A stretch of 64,000 nucleotides of DNA from a virus: IMG/VR virus record IMGVR_UViG_3300045911_000602; one strand, given 5' to 3'. How positions within the stretch are numbered: position 1 is the stretch's first letter; each line of letters begins with the position of its first letter. This document shows positions 1 to 8,659 of the stretch, piece by piece. The translations under genes and the position numbers were made by a program. The notes beneath the pieces were generated by a model. The model was not told where the DNA came from, searched no databases, and saw only the letters and a list, made by a program, of their open reading frames with translations.

Positions 1-53
1 AATGTTTTTGTTATGTGATCAATGTTTTTGTTATGTGATCAATGTTTTTGTTG
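1..53. repeat. 20-bp tandem direct repeat AATGTTTTTGTTATGTGATC: two full units plus a 13-nt partial. It may continue upstream of the window.
   Basis: Read directly: units at 1-20 and 21-40, partial at 41-53. Confidence 0.9.
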
Positions 54-135
54 AAAAAACGTATACAGAGAAGTATATTAATGTAATTTGTGAAAAAACT
101 GCCCCTCCACCATGATTATATGGAGAAAAATATTT

Positions 136-318
136 TTATTGCATATGATAGCAATATGGCTGATATCCACCAAACATCGACCATGTTCCAACAATATTAT
201 CGTTATAATAGATAACGAACTCAAAATGCTTACTGATACCAAACTGCTTAGCTTCCTCTTCAGATTGAAAAGTAATATCTGGACCGTAATTAAAATTAAC
301 GTATTTAATTGTATACAT
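136..318 (-). CDS. hypothetical protein (60 aa)
   Basis: The ORF has normal hydrophilic composition. The overlapping plus-strand ORF 112..378 looks like antisense noise. The RBS is weak. Confidence 0.4.
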   Translation of the reverse strand: MYTIKYVNFNYGPDITFQSEEEAKQFGISKHFEFVIYYNDNIVGTWSMFGGYQPYCYHMQ

Positions 319-417
319 GATTGCGTTCTGTTTTATAGGCGATTGAAGAATTTACTTAAAGTCTTTGGATACACCTAACGTAAATCAATTTGTATTTAAA
401 ATAAGGTAACCTTACGG

Positions 418-1545
418 TTATTCTTGTATTTCGTCAACAGATGTATCTTTCAATCCAAGTTCCTTCCACTTTCCCTTTAGGAAGTCTTTGTAGTCTATTG
501 ATTTGCCAACATATTTGTTCATGGCAAGCCCAAAGTACGAAATAGATTGATAACGAAGTGATTGATCTTGTTGAGCCTTAATAGCATAAGACTTACGATC
601 GAGATGTTTGTTTTCATTGTAAAAGTTCTCCACAAGAGAAACCATATGGTTGTAAATGTGATCGATTTTTGTTTGCATTTGATCGATCTGCTTGATTACA
701 TGATCGTCTGTATAGAACATTGAGCGAAGATCATCGATTCCTTCATCCAGGATTGTTTCGAAAAGACGACGTGGATTGGTGATGTTATCTTTAGCACGGT
801 GAAGAGAAAGATACCAATTGGTTTTGATCTTCACGCGTTGACCAGACTTAAGACGGATTACATATCCTTCAATGTTCTCGATTGATGAGATCGATGCAAC
901 GAATGCGGCAGGATCATCTACCTTTACCGATTGAACAGCATACATTGAGCATTCGTTTGAGTACTTCCAATCATAGGTGTACTCTCCATTGTAACGATTA
1001 CGTACGTTCAGGATTTTCAGTGAAGGTTCAGTATAACCAAGCACGATACGATGTTCGGGAGAACACCATTCAAGATTGACAGTGAAACCAAGATTCGTTA
1101 TATCTGTGAGTTTTTTCTTGAAATCGGGCTTCTTGCTTAACCATTCCATGGCAGCAAGTGCTTGTTGAGAAAAGATAGAACCTTTGGACTTTAGGCGAAG
1201 TTCACCATTGTGAATATAGGTTGACATTAATGAGCCATCAGCCTTCTCTTCGATCTCAACTACTTCTGAAAGATTTAAGTTTGTTGTGAGAGGATTTTCG
1301 TTTAGATTGAAAAACTTCTCCATTGGAAGTGCTGCTAGACAAATTGCTTCGTCATTCTGCACTTCAAACATCACACCTCGACATTCAATCGCAGAAGGCT
1401 CCAAGAAATCAGTGTAAGACGCAAGACGATAATTGAAGATACGATAAGTCTTTTCATCAAGTTGAAAGTCTTGAAAATAGAACGCTTCATTCTTCTTCGT
1501 AAGAAGAAGAAGATCTCTGTACAAAGATTGTTGATAATTGTTCAT
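418..1545 (-). CDS. rnlA: RNA ligase 1 (T4 Rnl1/gp63-like)
   Basis: Nucleotidyltransferase motif I EEKADGSL (KxDG). Blocks YRIFNYRLASYTDFLEPSAIECRGVMFE and PMEKFFNLNENP closely match recalled T4 Rnl1. Length is 375 aa versus 374 aa in T4. Confidence 0.9.
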   Translation of the reverse strand: MNNYQQSLYRDLLLLTKKNEAFYFQDFQLDEKTYRIFNYRLASYTDFLEPSAIECRGVMFEVQNDEAICLAALPMEKFFNLNENPLTTNLNLSEVVEIEEKADGSLMSTYIHNGELRLKSKGSIFSQQALAAMEWLSKKPDFKKKLTDITNLGFTVNLEWCSPEHRIVLGYTEPSLKILNVRNRYNGEYTYDWKYSNECSMYAVQSVKVDDPAAFVASISSIENIEGYVIRLKSGQRVKIKTNWYLSLHRAKDNITNPRRLFETILDEGIDDLRSMFYTDDHVIKQIDQMQTKIDHIYNHMVSLVENFYNENKHLDRKSYAIKAQQDQSLRYQSISYFGLAMNKYVGKSIDYKDFLKGKWKELGLKDTSVDEIQE

Positions 1546-1560
1546 CTGTTTTATTATCTG

Positions 1561-1749
1561 TTATTCAGAAACAACAGTAACTTTTTGATTATAGTCGAAA
1601 AACATGGACGAGTAATCATGAAACGAGATCCAAATACCATTCCCATTATCACGAACATCATCAATCGTTCGAATGTCATTACGACCAACTTGAAGTTGAA
1701 CTCCTTCGGAAACCCAGTTGCTGCAGACATTGACAGAGATTTGTTTCAT
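1561..1749 (-). CDS. hypothetical protein (62 aa)
   Basis: ORF lies in the minus-strand gene train. A TTGTCC-N17-TATTAT promoter-like sequence sits just upstream (about 1775-1805). Confidence 0.5.
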   Translation of the reverse strand: MKQISVNVCSNWVSEGVQLQVGRNDIRTIDDVRDNGNGIWISFHDYSSMFFDYNQKVTVVSE

Positions 1750-1878
1750 GATTTGTTCCTCAGTTAAGATAACTGCATAATACCTTAATTTTTACCCAAG
1801 GACAACAGCATGTACCGGGTTTTTATTATCTTTTGGGCTGAGAAAACTGCGTTGTTTTCAGCTATACAGTAGCTGATT

Positions 1879-2115
1879 TTAGTACTCTCCGAGTTCTTCC
1901 TTCCACCGCTCTCGAAAGGTCTCCTCCCCATCATCACCACTAACAAGCCAGTCGATACGCTGCACCATAGTACCTGTTTTCAGGCACATTTGATGTGCTT
2001 CTTTGAATTTAGCAAGAATATCATCAGGATATTCTGCTTGTTTAATCAGCTCTTCAAGTTGACGAGCAATGTCATGCAGACGGTATTGATTATAATCGAA
2101 ATGACCACCGCTCAT
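1879..2115 (-). CDS. hypothetical protein (78 aa)
   Basis: ORF abuts the stop of 2116..2442, consistent with coupled translation. Confidence 0.6.
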   Translation of the reverse strand: MSGGHFDYNQYRLHDIARQLEELIKQAEYPDDILAKFKEAHQMCLKTGTMVQRIDWLVSGDDGEETFRERWKEELGEY

Positions 2116-2442
2116 TTAATTACTCCTTTCTTCAAAGAAGTTCCTGATTTCTTCTTCGTCATCGCTCTCAAAAACGGGACAGCCACCATATTCAGCATTC
2201 AGCGTCCCATTAGAACCAATATAGACGAAGATAGTAGTCACATACATGCAAGGGTCTTCGTCGCATTCGAATGCTACGAGATAACGAGCTGCGTTGTCAA
2301 CAACACCACTGTACATGAAGTAATCGTTATCTTTTGCAAATTTAAACTCTGCAGCGTTCGTGAAATATCCCGTCGCATCAAGAATGCAACGAATGTCATC
2401 CACTTGAAGTTCACGAAAATTAATCAGAACAGACATTTGCAT
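2116..2442 (-). CDS. hypothetical protein (108 aa)
   Basis: ORF lies in the gene train. Confidence 0.6.
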   Translation of the reverse strand: MQMSVLINFRELQVDDIRCILDATGYFTNAAEFKFAKDNDYFMYSGVVDNAARYLVAFECDEDPCMYVTTIFVYIGSNGTLNAEYGGCPVFESDDEEEIRNFFEERSN

Positions 2443-2503
2443 TCCTTCATGCAGTGTTTACAATAACGCCATTGTAATGCTTTTTGTTGTTGAAGACAAC
2501 AGA

Positions 2504-2602
2504 TTATTCGTCGTCCTTGGAGACTTTTTGTGCTGCAGCGAAGAAACTAAGAATCAGTGCAACAACGACAACATATCCAAGCATCACAAGAATCAGGTAC
2601 AT
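2504..2602 (-). CDS. small membrane protein candidate (32 aa, MYLILVMLGYVVVVALILSFFAAAQKVSKDDE)
   Basis: Hand-translated and below the 60-aa track cutoff. One hydrophobic helix. GAGGA sits 8 nt upstream of the ATG. Confidence 0.4.
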   Translation of the reverse strand: MYLILVMLGYVVVVALILSFFAAAQKVSKDDE

Positions 2603-2614
2603 CTTTATGTCCTC

Positions 2615-2752
2615 TCAATATGGGTCAGACGGAAAAAAATCATCGGCGCTCTGAGGATCGGGATCACAATCAAACATTTCGTTGTAGTAAATGATATGTG
2701 AGCGCGGCGGTGGAAGTTGTTGAACTTGTTGCGGTTCTAGTTGCTCATTCAT
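2615..2752 (-). CDS. small acidic protein candidate (45 aa)
   Basis: Hand-translated. The ATG overlaps the end of the upstream gene by 8 nt. It fills an otherwise empty gap. Confidence 0.35.
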   Translation of the reverse strand: MNEQLEPQQVQQLPPPRSHIIYYNEMFDCDPDPQSADDFFPSDPY

Positions 2753-3191
2753 CTTCGTCATCATATTCCTCGAATCCCGTTTCAATGTCAATCCTCAAAT
2801 CTCCAGACACGAAAATGAACGTACCGTTTTCATCACGAATACAACGAAGAGGCTGATCCACTTCGATGATCCGTCCATAATCTTCCAAAGATTCGCCCTC
2901 ACGCTTCGAAACAAGCTCGAACGGTACAGCACCAATCGAACCGCTATCAACAGGGTACTTGAAGTTATCAAAGTCGTCGTACAACCCATCACCATAAGCA
3001 GTACTATACGCGAAAAAATGAATACCATCAACTACAATATCATGATTCTCGTAATCGGGATGACCAACGATTCCGGGGAACATCTGATCAGAAACTTCGT
3101 CCCACTTCTCATCGGCAATCACATAGCACGGATCACCAATGAAATACTTTCCGGCGGGAAGAGTAAGCTCAACATAGTCCTTGTTCGACAT
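2745..3191 (-). CDS. hypothetical protein (148 aa), acidic C-terminus
   Basis: Track ORF 2745..3302 trimmed to the internal ATG (MSNKDY), which has an AAGGAAA RBS and sits downstream of the stop of 3205..3447. Confidence 0.7.
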   Translation of the reverse strand: MSNKDYVELTLPAGKYFIGDPCYVIADEKWDEVSDQMFPGIVGHPDYENHDIVVDGIHFFAYSTAYGDGLYDDFDNFKYPVDSGSIGAVPFELVSKREGESLEDYGRIIEVDQPLRCIRDENGTFIFVSGDLRIDIETGFEEYDDEDE

Positions 3192-3204
3192 GATCGTTTC
3201 CTTT

Positions 3205-3447
3205 TTAAGAGAGTGCTGCAGTGAGAAGTTTGCTGTCTGCTTTTCGAGCATCAACACCAAGAGATGTACTCTTTCCATAGCAGGTATATTGTCCTTGTTC
3301 ATTCACATAACAAAACCCCGCTGAGATAACCTTTCCGCCAATCAATTGAGCAATATCCGCATGAACATCACTCTCGCTGAATACGTATGGTTTTTCAAGA
3401 CCATTTTTCATTACAACAATGTATTTTGCAGGCATTGCTTTCTTCAT
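3205..3447 (-). CDS. hypothetical protein (80 aa)
   Basis: Track ORF trimmed to MKKAMP. Its ATG overlaps the TGA of the dCMP deaminase gene (ATGA junction). Confidence 0.6.
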   Translation of the reverse strand: MKKAMPAKYIVVMKNGLEKPYVFSESDVHADIAQLIGGKVISAGFCYVNEQGQYTCYGKSTSLGVDARKADSKLLTAALS

Positions 3448-3860
3448 TCCGTTAAAGTTTCGATAGCATACCCAAGATTTGTCGTATATGCAACAGTTTT
3501 GATACCAAAATCTTTGATTGCTTTCATGCATGCAGGACAAGGACGGGACATCCCAAGTTTCCCTTCTCCTGTCATTCGGTAAGTATAGATTTCAGCTTTG
3601 GAGAGATCGTAATCCTTTGCTCGTACGATTGCTGCGATCTCTGCATGGAGATAGTGTGGTATGTTCTGCGGTGTCGTTGCACGAAAACGATCATATTTTT
3701 GTTGAAGCGGATGCGATTTCCTGATATTCGTCCCAACTGATACCACCTGTCCGTCAATGACAATTGCTGCACCAATTTTTGCACGAAATTCTGCGGTGGC
3801 AGAAACTGCTTTTGCCACTTCAAAGTGCTTGATTTGTTTCTTCGTAAGCATAGAGTACAT
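3444..3860 (-). CDS. cd: dCMP deaminase (cytidine/deoxycytidylate deaminase zinc-binding fold)
   Basis: HAEIAAI (H-A-E) and PCPACMKAI (PCxxC) zinc motifs. The start may be the second ATG at 3851 (see the near-leaderless finding). Confidence 0.85.
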   Translation of the reverse strand: MYSMLTKKQIKHFEVAKAVSATAEFRAKIGAAIVIDGQVVSVGTNIRKSHPLQQKYDRFRATTPQNIPHYLHAEIAAIVRAKDYDLSKAEIYTYRMTGEGKLGMSRPCPACMKAIKDFGIKTVAYTTNLGYAIETLTE

Positions 3861-3886
3861 TGTACCCTATTTTAGGAAAATGTCAA
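3859..3886 (-). promoter_or_regulatory. sigma70-type promoter: TTGACA, 16-nt spacer, TACAAT
   Basis: -35 at 3881-3886 and -10 at 3859-3864, read on the minus strand. The -10 overlaps the first ATG of cd. Confidence 0.5.
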
Positions 3887-3990
3887 CTCAAAATTCAAAC
3901 CCTAACGATCGCATTCTTGCAATTACCGGATCAACATCTGCACTCGGAGGATCACCAAACTTGGTATGTTACTATGATTTAATTGTTAAC

Positions 3991-4437
3991 TTAGGATAAT
4001 GTATTATCCTCCATGATTGTTATTTCATCAACAAGTTTAGCTGCTCTTCTACGCTTAGCTTCTGTCTCAATTGCAACAATGTCAGCCATGTCCATAAATC
4101 CTGTGTAATAAGCAATCATTCGGAGTCGTGCTCGCATAGACGCAAACGATGGATGGCTGGAAGGATATGTAGCATGGGCTATTTGTTGGCACACAGCCAG
4201 TCCACTTTTTGGTTGTGCATGCGAAAATGCGCCTTTGGCAATTAAGGTGCGACGAAGAGTTTCACCAATTTCATACCATTCCTTAGTTGTAACGCCAGGT
4301 GGTCGATCCGTCCAACCATCGCCATATCGACCAATTGGAGTTCCATTGTGTTTCAGCCGCATCAGTTCTTCAAACAACATTTCGTACGCAGCGTTCGTCC
4401 AAACTTTCTTTTTATTCACAATTTCACCTCTTTCCAA
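3991..4437 (-). CDS. hypothetical protein (148 aa)
   Basis: ORF overlaps the helicase stop by 14 nt, suggesting the same operon. Confidence 0.65.
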   Translation of the reverse strand: MERGEIVNKKKVWTNAAYEMLFEELMRLKHNGTPIGRYGDGWTDRPPGVTTKEWYEIGETLRRTLIAKGAFSHAQPKSGLAVCQQIAHATYPSSHPSFASMRARLRMIAYYTGFMDMADIVAIETEAKRRRAAKLVDEITIMEDNTLS

Positions 4438-5932
4438 GAGTCAAGTCGATAAACGAGTCTACGGGAGACAAAGCTACTTTCAACGTTGACAATTCTGCAA
4501 TGTCACGAATAATTCGGTCAGCGTTTTCTGCACTTTCAATTTCGTGTTTGATATCATCAAAGAATTCTACAAGCGTTGCTGCACGTTTATCTTTTTGATT
4601 AATCAACCCAATTTGTTCAGGAAGCTGCGAGCCACGCGACAACTTAGTCACAACATCTTCAGAAGGAATGAATCCGAACGTGCGAAGATTTACAACCATC
4701 TCGACGATTGTTGCTCGAAGATCATCACCGATTTCACCGTATGATGGCACGATAACCCACGCATATGGCTTGACAAACTCATCAAGGTCTGAAGGAACCA
4801 TCTCACTTTTATACAACCGTACACGGTCACCAGGATACAGACGCGTTGCACGACCAAGAGTCTGTAGGAATTTTGCTGGACCGAGATCGTTCATAATCAT
4901 CACACCGGTAATCCCTGGCACATCAATCCCTTCTGTCAGAATATCAATGTGCAGGATCAGAGCTTCATCATAGTCTTTCAAATTACGGAGGCGAGAAAGG
5001 AACACGTTTCGGTTGACAACATCACCATTGATCCGAGGCTCATACTTCGATGAGATGTCAAAGATTGTCAGGTTGGGACGCTGACGACGAAGTCGTTGAA
5101 TTTCAGCTGATTTCACCAGCTTATCCAGGTGTTCAGATCCTTTAGTAACGATCAACATCTTTGCACCAATTCGCAACAACGATCGGTGTTCAAGAAACGA
5201 TTCAACAATTGCCTTCGGATCAACACTATCACCGTCGGTGACAGGAACGGAGGTGTGAACGATATGCATCCGCGGGCGGACAATCTCACCAGCCTCGACC
5301 ATCTCGAGAGGAAACTTCTGATACAGAACAGGACCAAACCGGTCCTTGTTGTTCATCCCAAGACCTTCTTCACTTTTCGTTACACGCAACGTTGCGGTAT
5401 AAAAGTACTTGCGAGTAGATGGAAAATCTGTCGGAATCCAGTTGAACTCAGGACGGACAAGAAAGTGTGCTTCGTCGCAGTGGATCACAGTAACAGGAAT
5501 GTTAGATTGAACAATCCGTTGCAGCGAATCATACACTGCAGAAATCACAAGAGGGACACCTTCTCGTTGTGCCTTCTCGTACGTCACCCCGATGTCTTTT
5601 GATGAGGTTGTTGCTGTTAGCTCACGATACACCAGTAGTTCATTTTCTCCAAAATCGGGTGTTTGTCCACTCCGTACGCACAGATACTGGCAGTCAATTC
5701 TGTGCTCAATCAAACGCTCACGAACACTCTCAAGCAGCTGATTCGATAATAGGATTCGAGGGCTGGCAATGACATATACACCTGGCGCTTTTGCAGTGCA
5801 AATATCATTCACAATCGACTCAGCTTGAATCAGCGTCTTACCAGTACCTGTAGGTAGGTTAATGATACCCTTGGGCGCTGACGTGATCGCGCTAACCGCT
5901 TCTTGTTGATGGGGGCGAAGAATGTGAGTCAC
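4424..5932 (-). CDS. SF2 DEAD/DEAH-box helicase (ResIII-like N-lobe plus helicase C-lobe)
   Basis: Walker A LPTGTGKT and Walker B HCDEAHF (DEAH). C-terminal TEGIDVPG and QTLGRATR motifs. GTG start. Confidence 0.85.
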   Translation of the reverse strand: MTHILRPHQQEAVSAITSAPKGIINLPTGTGKTLIQAESIVNDICTAKAPGVYVIASPRILLSNQLLESVRERLIEHRIDCQYLCVRSGQTPDFGENELLVYRELTATTSSKDIGVTYEKAQREGVPLVISAVYDSLQRIVQSNIPVTVIHCDEAHFLVRPEFNWIPTDFPSTRKYFYTATLRVTKSEEGLGMNNKDRFGPVLYQKFPLEMVEAGEIVRPRMHIVHTSVPVTDGDSVDPKAIVESFLEHRSLLRIGAKMLIVTKGSEHLDKLVKSAEIQRLRRQRPNLTIFDISSKYEPRINGDVVNRNVFLSRLRNLKDYDEALILHIDILTEGIDVPGITGVMIMNDLGPAKFLQTLGRATRLYPGDRVRLYKSEMVPSDLDEFVKPYAWVIVPSYGEIGDDLRATIVEMVVNLRTFGFIPSEDVVTKLSRGSQLPEQIGLINQKDKRAATLVEFFDDIKHEIESAENADRIIRDIAELSTLKVALSPVDSFIDLTLGKR

Positions 5933-5968
5933 ATGTAGTCTTTCGTGATTAATTAGCGCTATTGTAAC

Positions 5969-6538
5969 CTATTCCTTACAAAAAGCCAACGCTCTGAACG
6001 CATTCCAAAACAATGTGTTGTTATCGATTAACGTTCGAAGTTGCTCATACCCAATACATTGTACTTTCTTCAGTAACATCTCTTCTTTCGTAAAGTAGTG
6101 TAGGTCGGCAGCTGTTGTAATCACCCACATGTTGTGAGCGGCATCAATGGGGACATTGTATCGGTTTTGAGATTGGAACGCAAATTGCGCAAGATCACGT
6201 TCTACAAGCAATTGCAGTGAATCACTGCGAAACTTGCATTGAACAGTAGCAGGAAAACCATTCATTCCGATTCCGAAACCGTCAACACCATAGTCCTGAC
6301 TCGCTTTACTGATTGGTTGATAATTACCAACCCACATTACAGGAAATAGTTTGAGTAGAGCTTCAACGAATAGCTCGAACCCATCTCCCTTGTACATGTT
6401 TGGATCATACCGATCAGGAAATAGCTCTGCCTGATGCTCAAGTCGACTACAGAACGTCGACATCTTTTTACAATCGTTCAACAGACCCGGCAGATCATGA
6501 CACCGCGTTCTGAATACATGTGTTAGTGCAATTTGCAT
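5969..6538 (-). CDS. Mrr-like PD-(D/E)xK restriction-endonuclease-fold protein
   Basis: Layout GDGFELFVEALL ... DYGVDGFG ... ATVQCKF ... WVITTA matches the recalled Mrr_cat pattern (FE, D-G-vD-G, QxK, iTT). Confidence 0.6.
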   Translation of the reverse strand: MQIALTHVFRTRCHDLPGLLNDCKKMSTFCSRLEHQAELFPDRYDPNMYKGDGFELFVEALLKLFPVMWVGNYQPISKASQDYGVDGFGIGMNGFPATVQCKFRSDSLQLLVERDLAQFAFQSQNRYNVPIDAAHNMWVITTAADLHYFTKEEMLLKKVQCIGYEQLRTLIDNNTLFWNAFRALAFCKE

Positions 6539-6750
6539 ATTGTTTCCAAATAATTAAGATTAGATGTCAACAAGAAAAGGTCTGGATTGTTTCTTCGGCA
6601 CAATCCAGAAAGCCATCAACGGAGTAGGTACTCTTTTCTTCTACTCCGCCACCGATTTCTGTCTTACTATCAACCTAACTGACGCTAGGGCTGCAGATCG
6701 GTGTCGTTTGAACTGTTTAGATTAGCATATTTATCAGTTATGCATTAATT

Positions 6751-7122
6751 TTAATCGACTTGATCAAAGTTGTCAACAGCAAAATTCTTTACGCGTGGAT
6801 TGTAGGATGCATCTTCCAGCTCGTAATCATAAAGCTCAGATGCACGCTTAACGAAAGCACCACGATATTTGTTCACATACCAATCGCGACCAAGAGTTGC
6901 ATAGACAGAAAGATCATAGAATCGACCTTCTTCATATGCAGCATCAAGTTCACGAGCAATTTCATGAGCTTTTTCGAGCGTTGGGAGATTGACCGCTACG
7001 ATTTCACCACCATCACCCTTGGACTTATACCGACCTTGGTTGCTGAGGGGATCATCATCTCCATACCACTCATAAGATTGAGCAGTCCAACCAACAACAT
7101 AGAGATCCTTGTTGATTTTCAT
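6751..7122 (-). CDS. hypothetical protein (123 aa)
   Basis: ORF whose overlapping plus-strand ORF has low-complexity antisense character. Confidence 0.7.
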   Translation of the reverse strand: MKINKDLYVVGWTAQSYEWYGDDDPLSNQGRYKSKGDGGEIVAVNLPTLEKAHEIARELDAAYEEGRFYDLSVYATLGRDWYVNKYRGAFVKRASELYDYELEDASYNPRVKNFAVDNFDQVD

Positions 7123-7170
7123 TGCAACTCCTTTTATGCAATATCGTTAATCAATGAAACGCATTATCCA

Positions 7171-7410
7171 TTAAATGGAGTCGGACGTCAACACCAACTG
7201 AAAATTAATTCCCCGGGGATAATGGTAATTTGCAACCTTGATAGCACCTCCAGGAGTACTTGCTTTCACACGCACCCAACGCTCGCACGCATCCCACATC
7301 ACTCCCTGTACAGCAGTCTTCGTGCTGGGTTGGTACCAACGAACACGAAACTCTTTTACAGGCTCTTCGATGTGGGGAGCTTCTAGGATGTGACCACTTT
7401 GGGGAATCAT
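7171..7410 (-). CDS. hypothetical protein (79 aa)
   Basis: ORF lies in the gene train. Confidence 0.55.
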   Translation of the reverse strand: MIPQSGHILEAPHIEEPVKEFRVRWYQPSTKTAVQGVMWDACERWVRVKASTPGGAIKVANYHYPRGINFQLVLTSDSI

Positions 7411-7435
7411 TTTATTCCTCCTATCAATCAGCTAA

Positions 7436-7756
7436 TTATGCACCCTTCTTCGCAAGATAGAAGTAAGTCGTTGCACCTTGCTTGCTCATATTCAACTTTT
7501 TTTCAAAAAGTTCAATCAGTTGAGCACGATCTCCTCCAAACTCTCGATACATCTCAATTGCTTGTTCAAGCTTGGTCCCTTGACGACCTTGCTTTGGAGC
7601 TTTGTTTTTGATTTTCGGAGGATTTTTGATACCGAACGTTTCCTTAAACCATTGATATTTTTCGGCTTGTTGCTTTTTCCATTGACGCTCATTTACTTCG
7701 ATCACATCGATGATCGTACCACAAACACCCGATTGAGTCGTGCAGAGGATTTGCAT
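7436..7756 (-). CDS. hypothetical protein (106 aa) with a C-terminal HTH-like motif MSKQGATTYFYLAKK
   Basis: The motif is shared with 12216..12845 and 41885..42493. Confidence 0.6.
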   Translation of the reverse strand: MQILCTTQSGVCGTIIDVIEVNERQWKKQQAEKYQWFKETFGIKNPPKIKNKAPKQGRQGTKLEQAIEMYREFGGDRAQLIELFEKKLNMSKQGATTYFYLAKKGA

Positions 7757-7788
7757 TTATCTGTCTCGATGCAGTTGAATTGAGATGC

Positions 7789-7817
7789 ATTGTACAGATA
7801 TCTATGGGGAATGTTAA
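7789..7817 (-). promoter_or_regulatory. sigma70-type promoter: TTAACA, 17-nt spacer, TACAAT
   Basis: -10 at 7789-7794 and -35 at 7812-7817 on the minus strand, about 30 nt upstream of the 7756 start. Confidence 0.45.
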
Positions 7818-7865
7818 CAGTTGACATTCCCCCCCTCTTTTTTAGGAAGCTACTTCACCTTCCTA

Positions 7866-8057
7866 TTATTCATCATCGTCTGCGTCGTTCTGACGCTGTG
7901 GTGCTGGCGCAACCTTACCTGCCAGTCGAGCAAACCAAGTATTCTTTTTCTTGTTCTTCTTTTGAGTCTTAGCAGGACCACCACCTCCATTTTTCCGTTG
8001 AGCGGTGTTTTGCTTACGAAGAGCTACAAGACGACGAGACTTATTGTTAGCAGACAT
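7866..8057 (-). CDS. small, highly basic protein (63 aa, K/R/N-rich with an acidic tail)
   Basis: ORF composition: RKQNTAQRKNGGGGPAKTQKKNKKKN. Confidence 0.5.
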   Translation of the reverse strand: MSANNKSRRLVALRKQNTAQRKNGGGGPAKTQKKNKKKNTWFARLAGKVAPAPQRQNDADDDE

Positions 8058-8131
8058 TTACATCTTCTCCTTGTTACGCGTAAATGAACATCATTACGAT
8101 AATGATACCAGAAACAACCAAAATCGTCCAC

Positions 8132-8299
8132 TCAATTGCATCGAATGTTGTAAACATTTTCATAATCTTCTTCATCTCGAATTTCACGATATGTCCTTTC
8201 ACGTTGTTCATGTTTCCGTCGACGATTGAGTTTTTGTTCGATTGGATCGAGAAACTGGCGACGAAAATCGTTGCGCTTCTGATGCTTCTTTCCGTGCAT
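8132..8299 (-). CDS. small basic protein candidate (55 aa)
   Basis: Hand-translated and below the track cutoff. It overlaps a second candidate, 8074..8163 (a 29-aa hydrophobic peptide). Confidence 0.3.
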   Translation of the reverse strand: MHGKKHQKRNDFRRQFLDPIEQKLNRRRKHEQRERTYREIRDEEDYENVYNIRCN

Positions 8300-8353
8300 T
8301 TTGTAACGTTCCTTTACTAGTAATTAGTCTGTTTCAGAAAGTTGGTCCATGTA

Positions 8354-8659
8354 CTAATCATAACTTACTTGCTTGGGTGGCTTTTGCATATGTTGACACC
8401 AGGCACGACCAACTTTATACAGCATCATCGATCGAATGTCAACAAATCCATCCTCAAGATGAAACCGAAGAGTTGGATGTTGACGAAATGTACCATTCTT
8501 ACCAAGACACATGTATTCGAACGCTTCCATGTGTTCTTGGTTGTAAGGATCGAAATGAACAAAATTCTTTTCAATCTTACGAAGGGTCGGACACAACATT
8601 TGATTTACTCCTTTGTGTGAAGGTAAAGACACTATATCTGATATCGTGTTTTTAGACAA
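8354..8659 (-). CDS. hypothetical protein (101 aa)
   Basis: ORF overlaps the stop of 8652..9443 by 8 nt. Confidence 0.6.
   Translation of the reverse strand: MSKNTISDIVSLPSHKGVNQMLCPTLRKIEKNFVHFDPYNQEHMEAFEYMCLGKNGTFRQHPTLRFHLEDGFVDIRSMMLYKVGRAWCQHMQKPPKQVSYD

Noticed and set aside
112-378. An 88-aa plus-strand ORF at the left edge.
   Set aside because: It has antisense-like composition and is mutually exclusive with the more protein-like minus-strand ORF 136..318.
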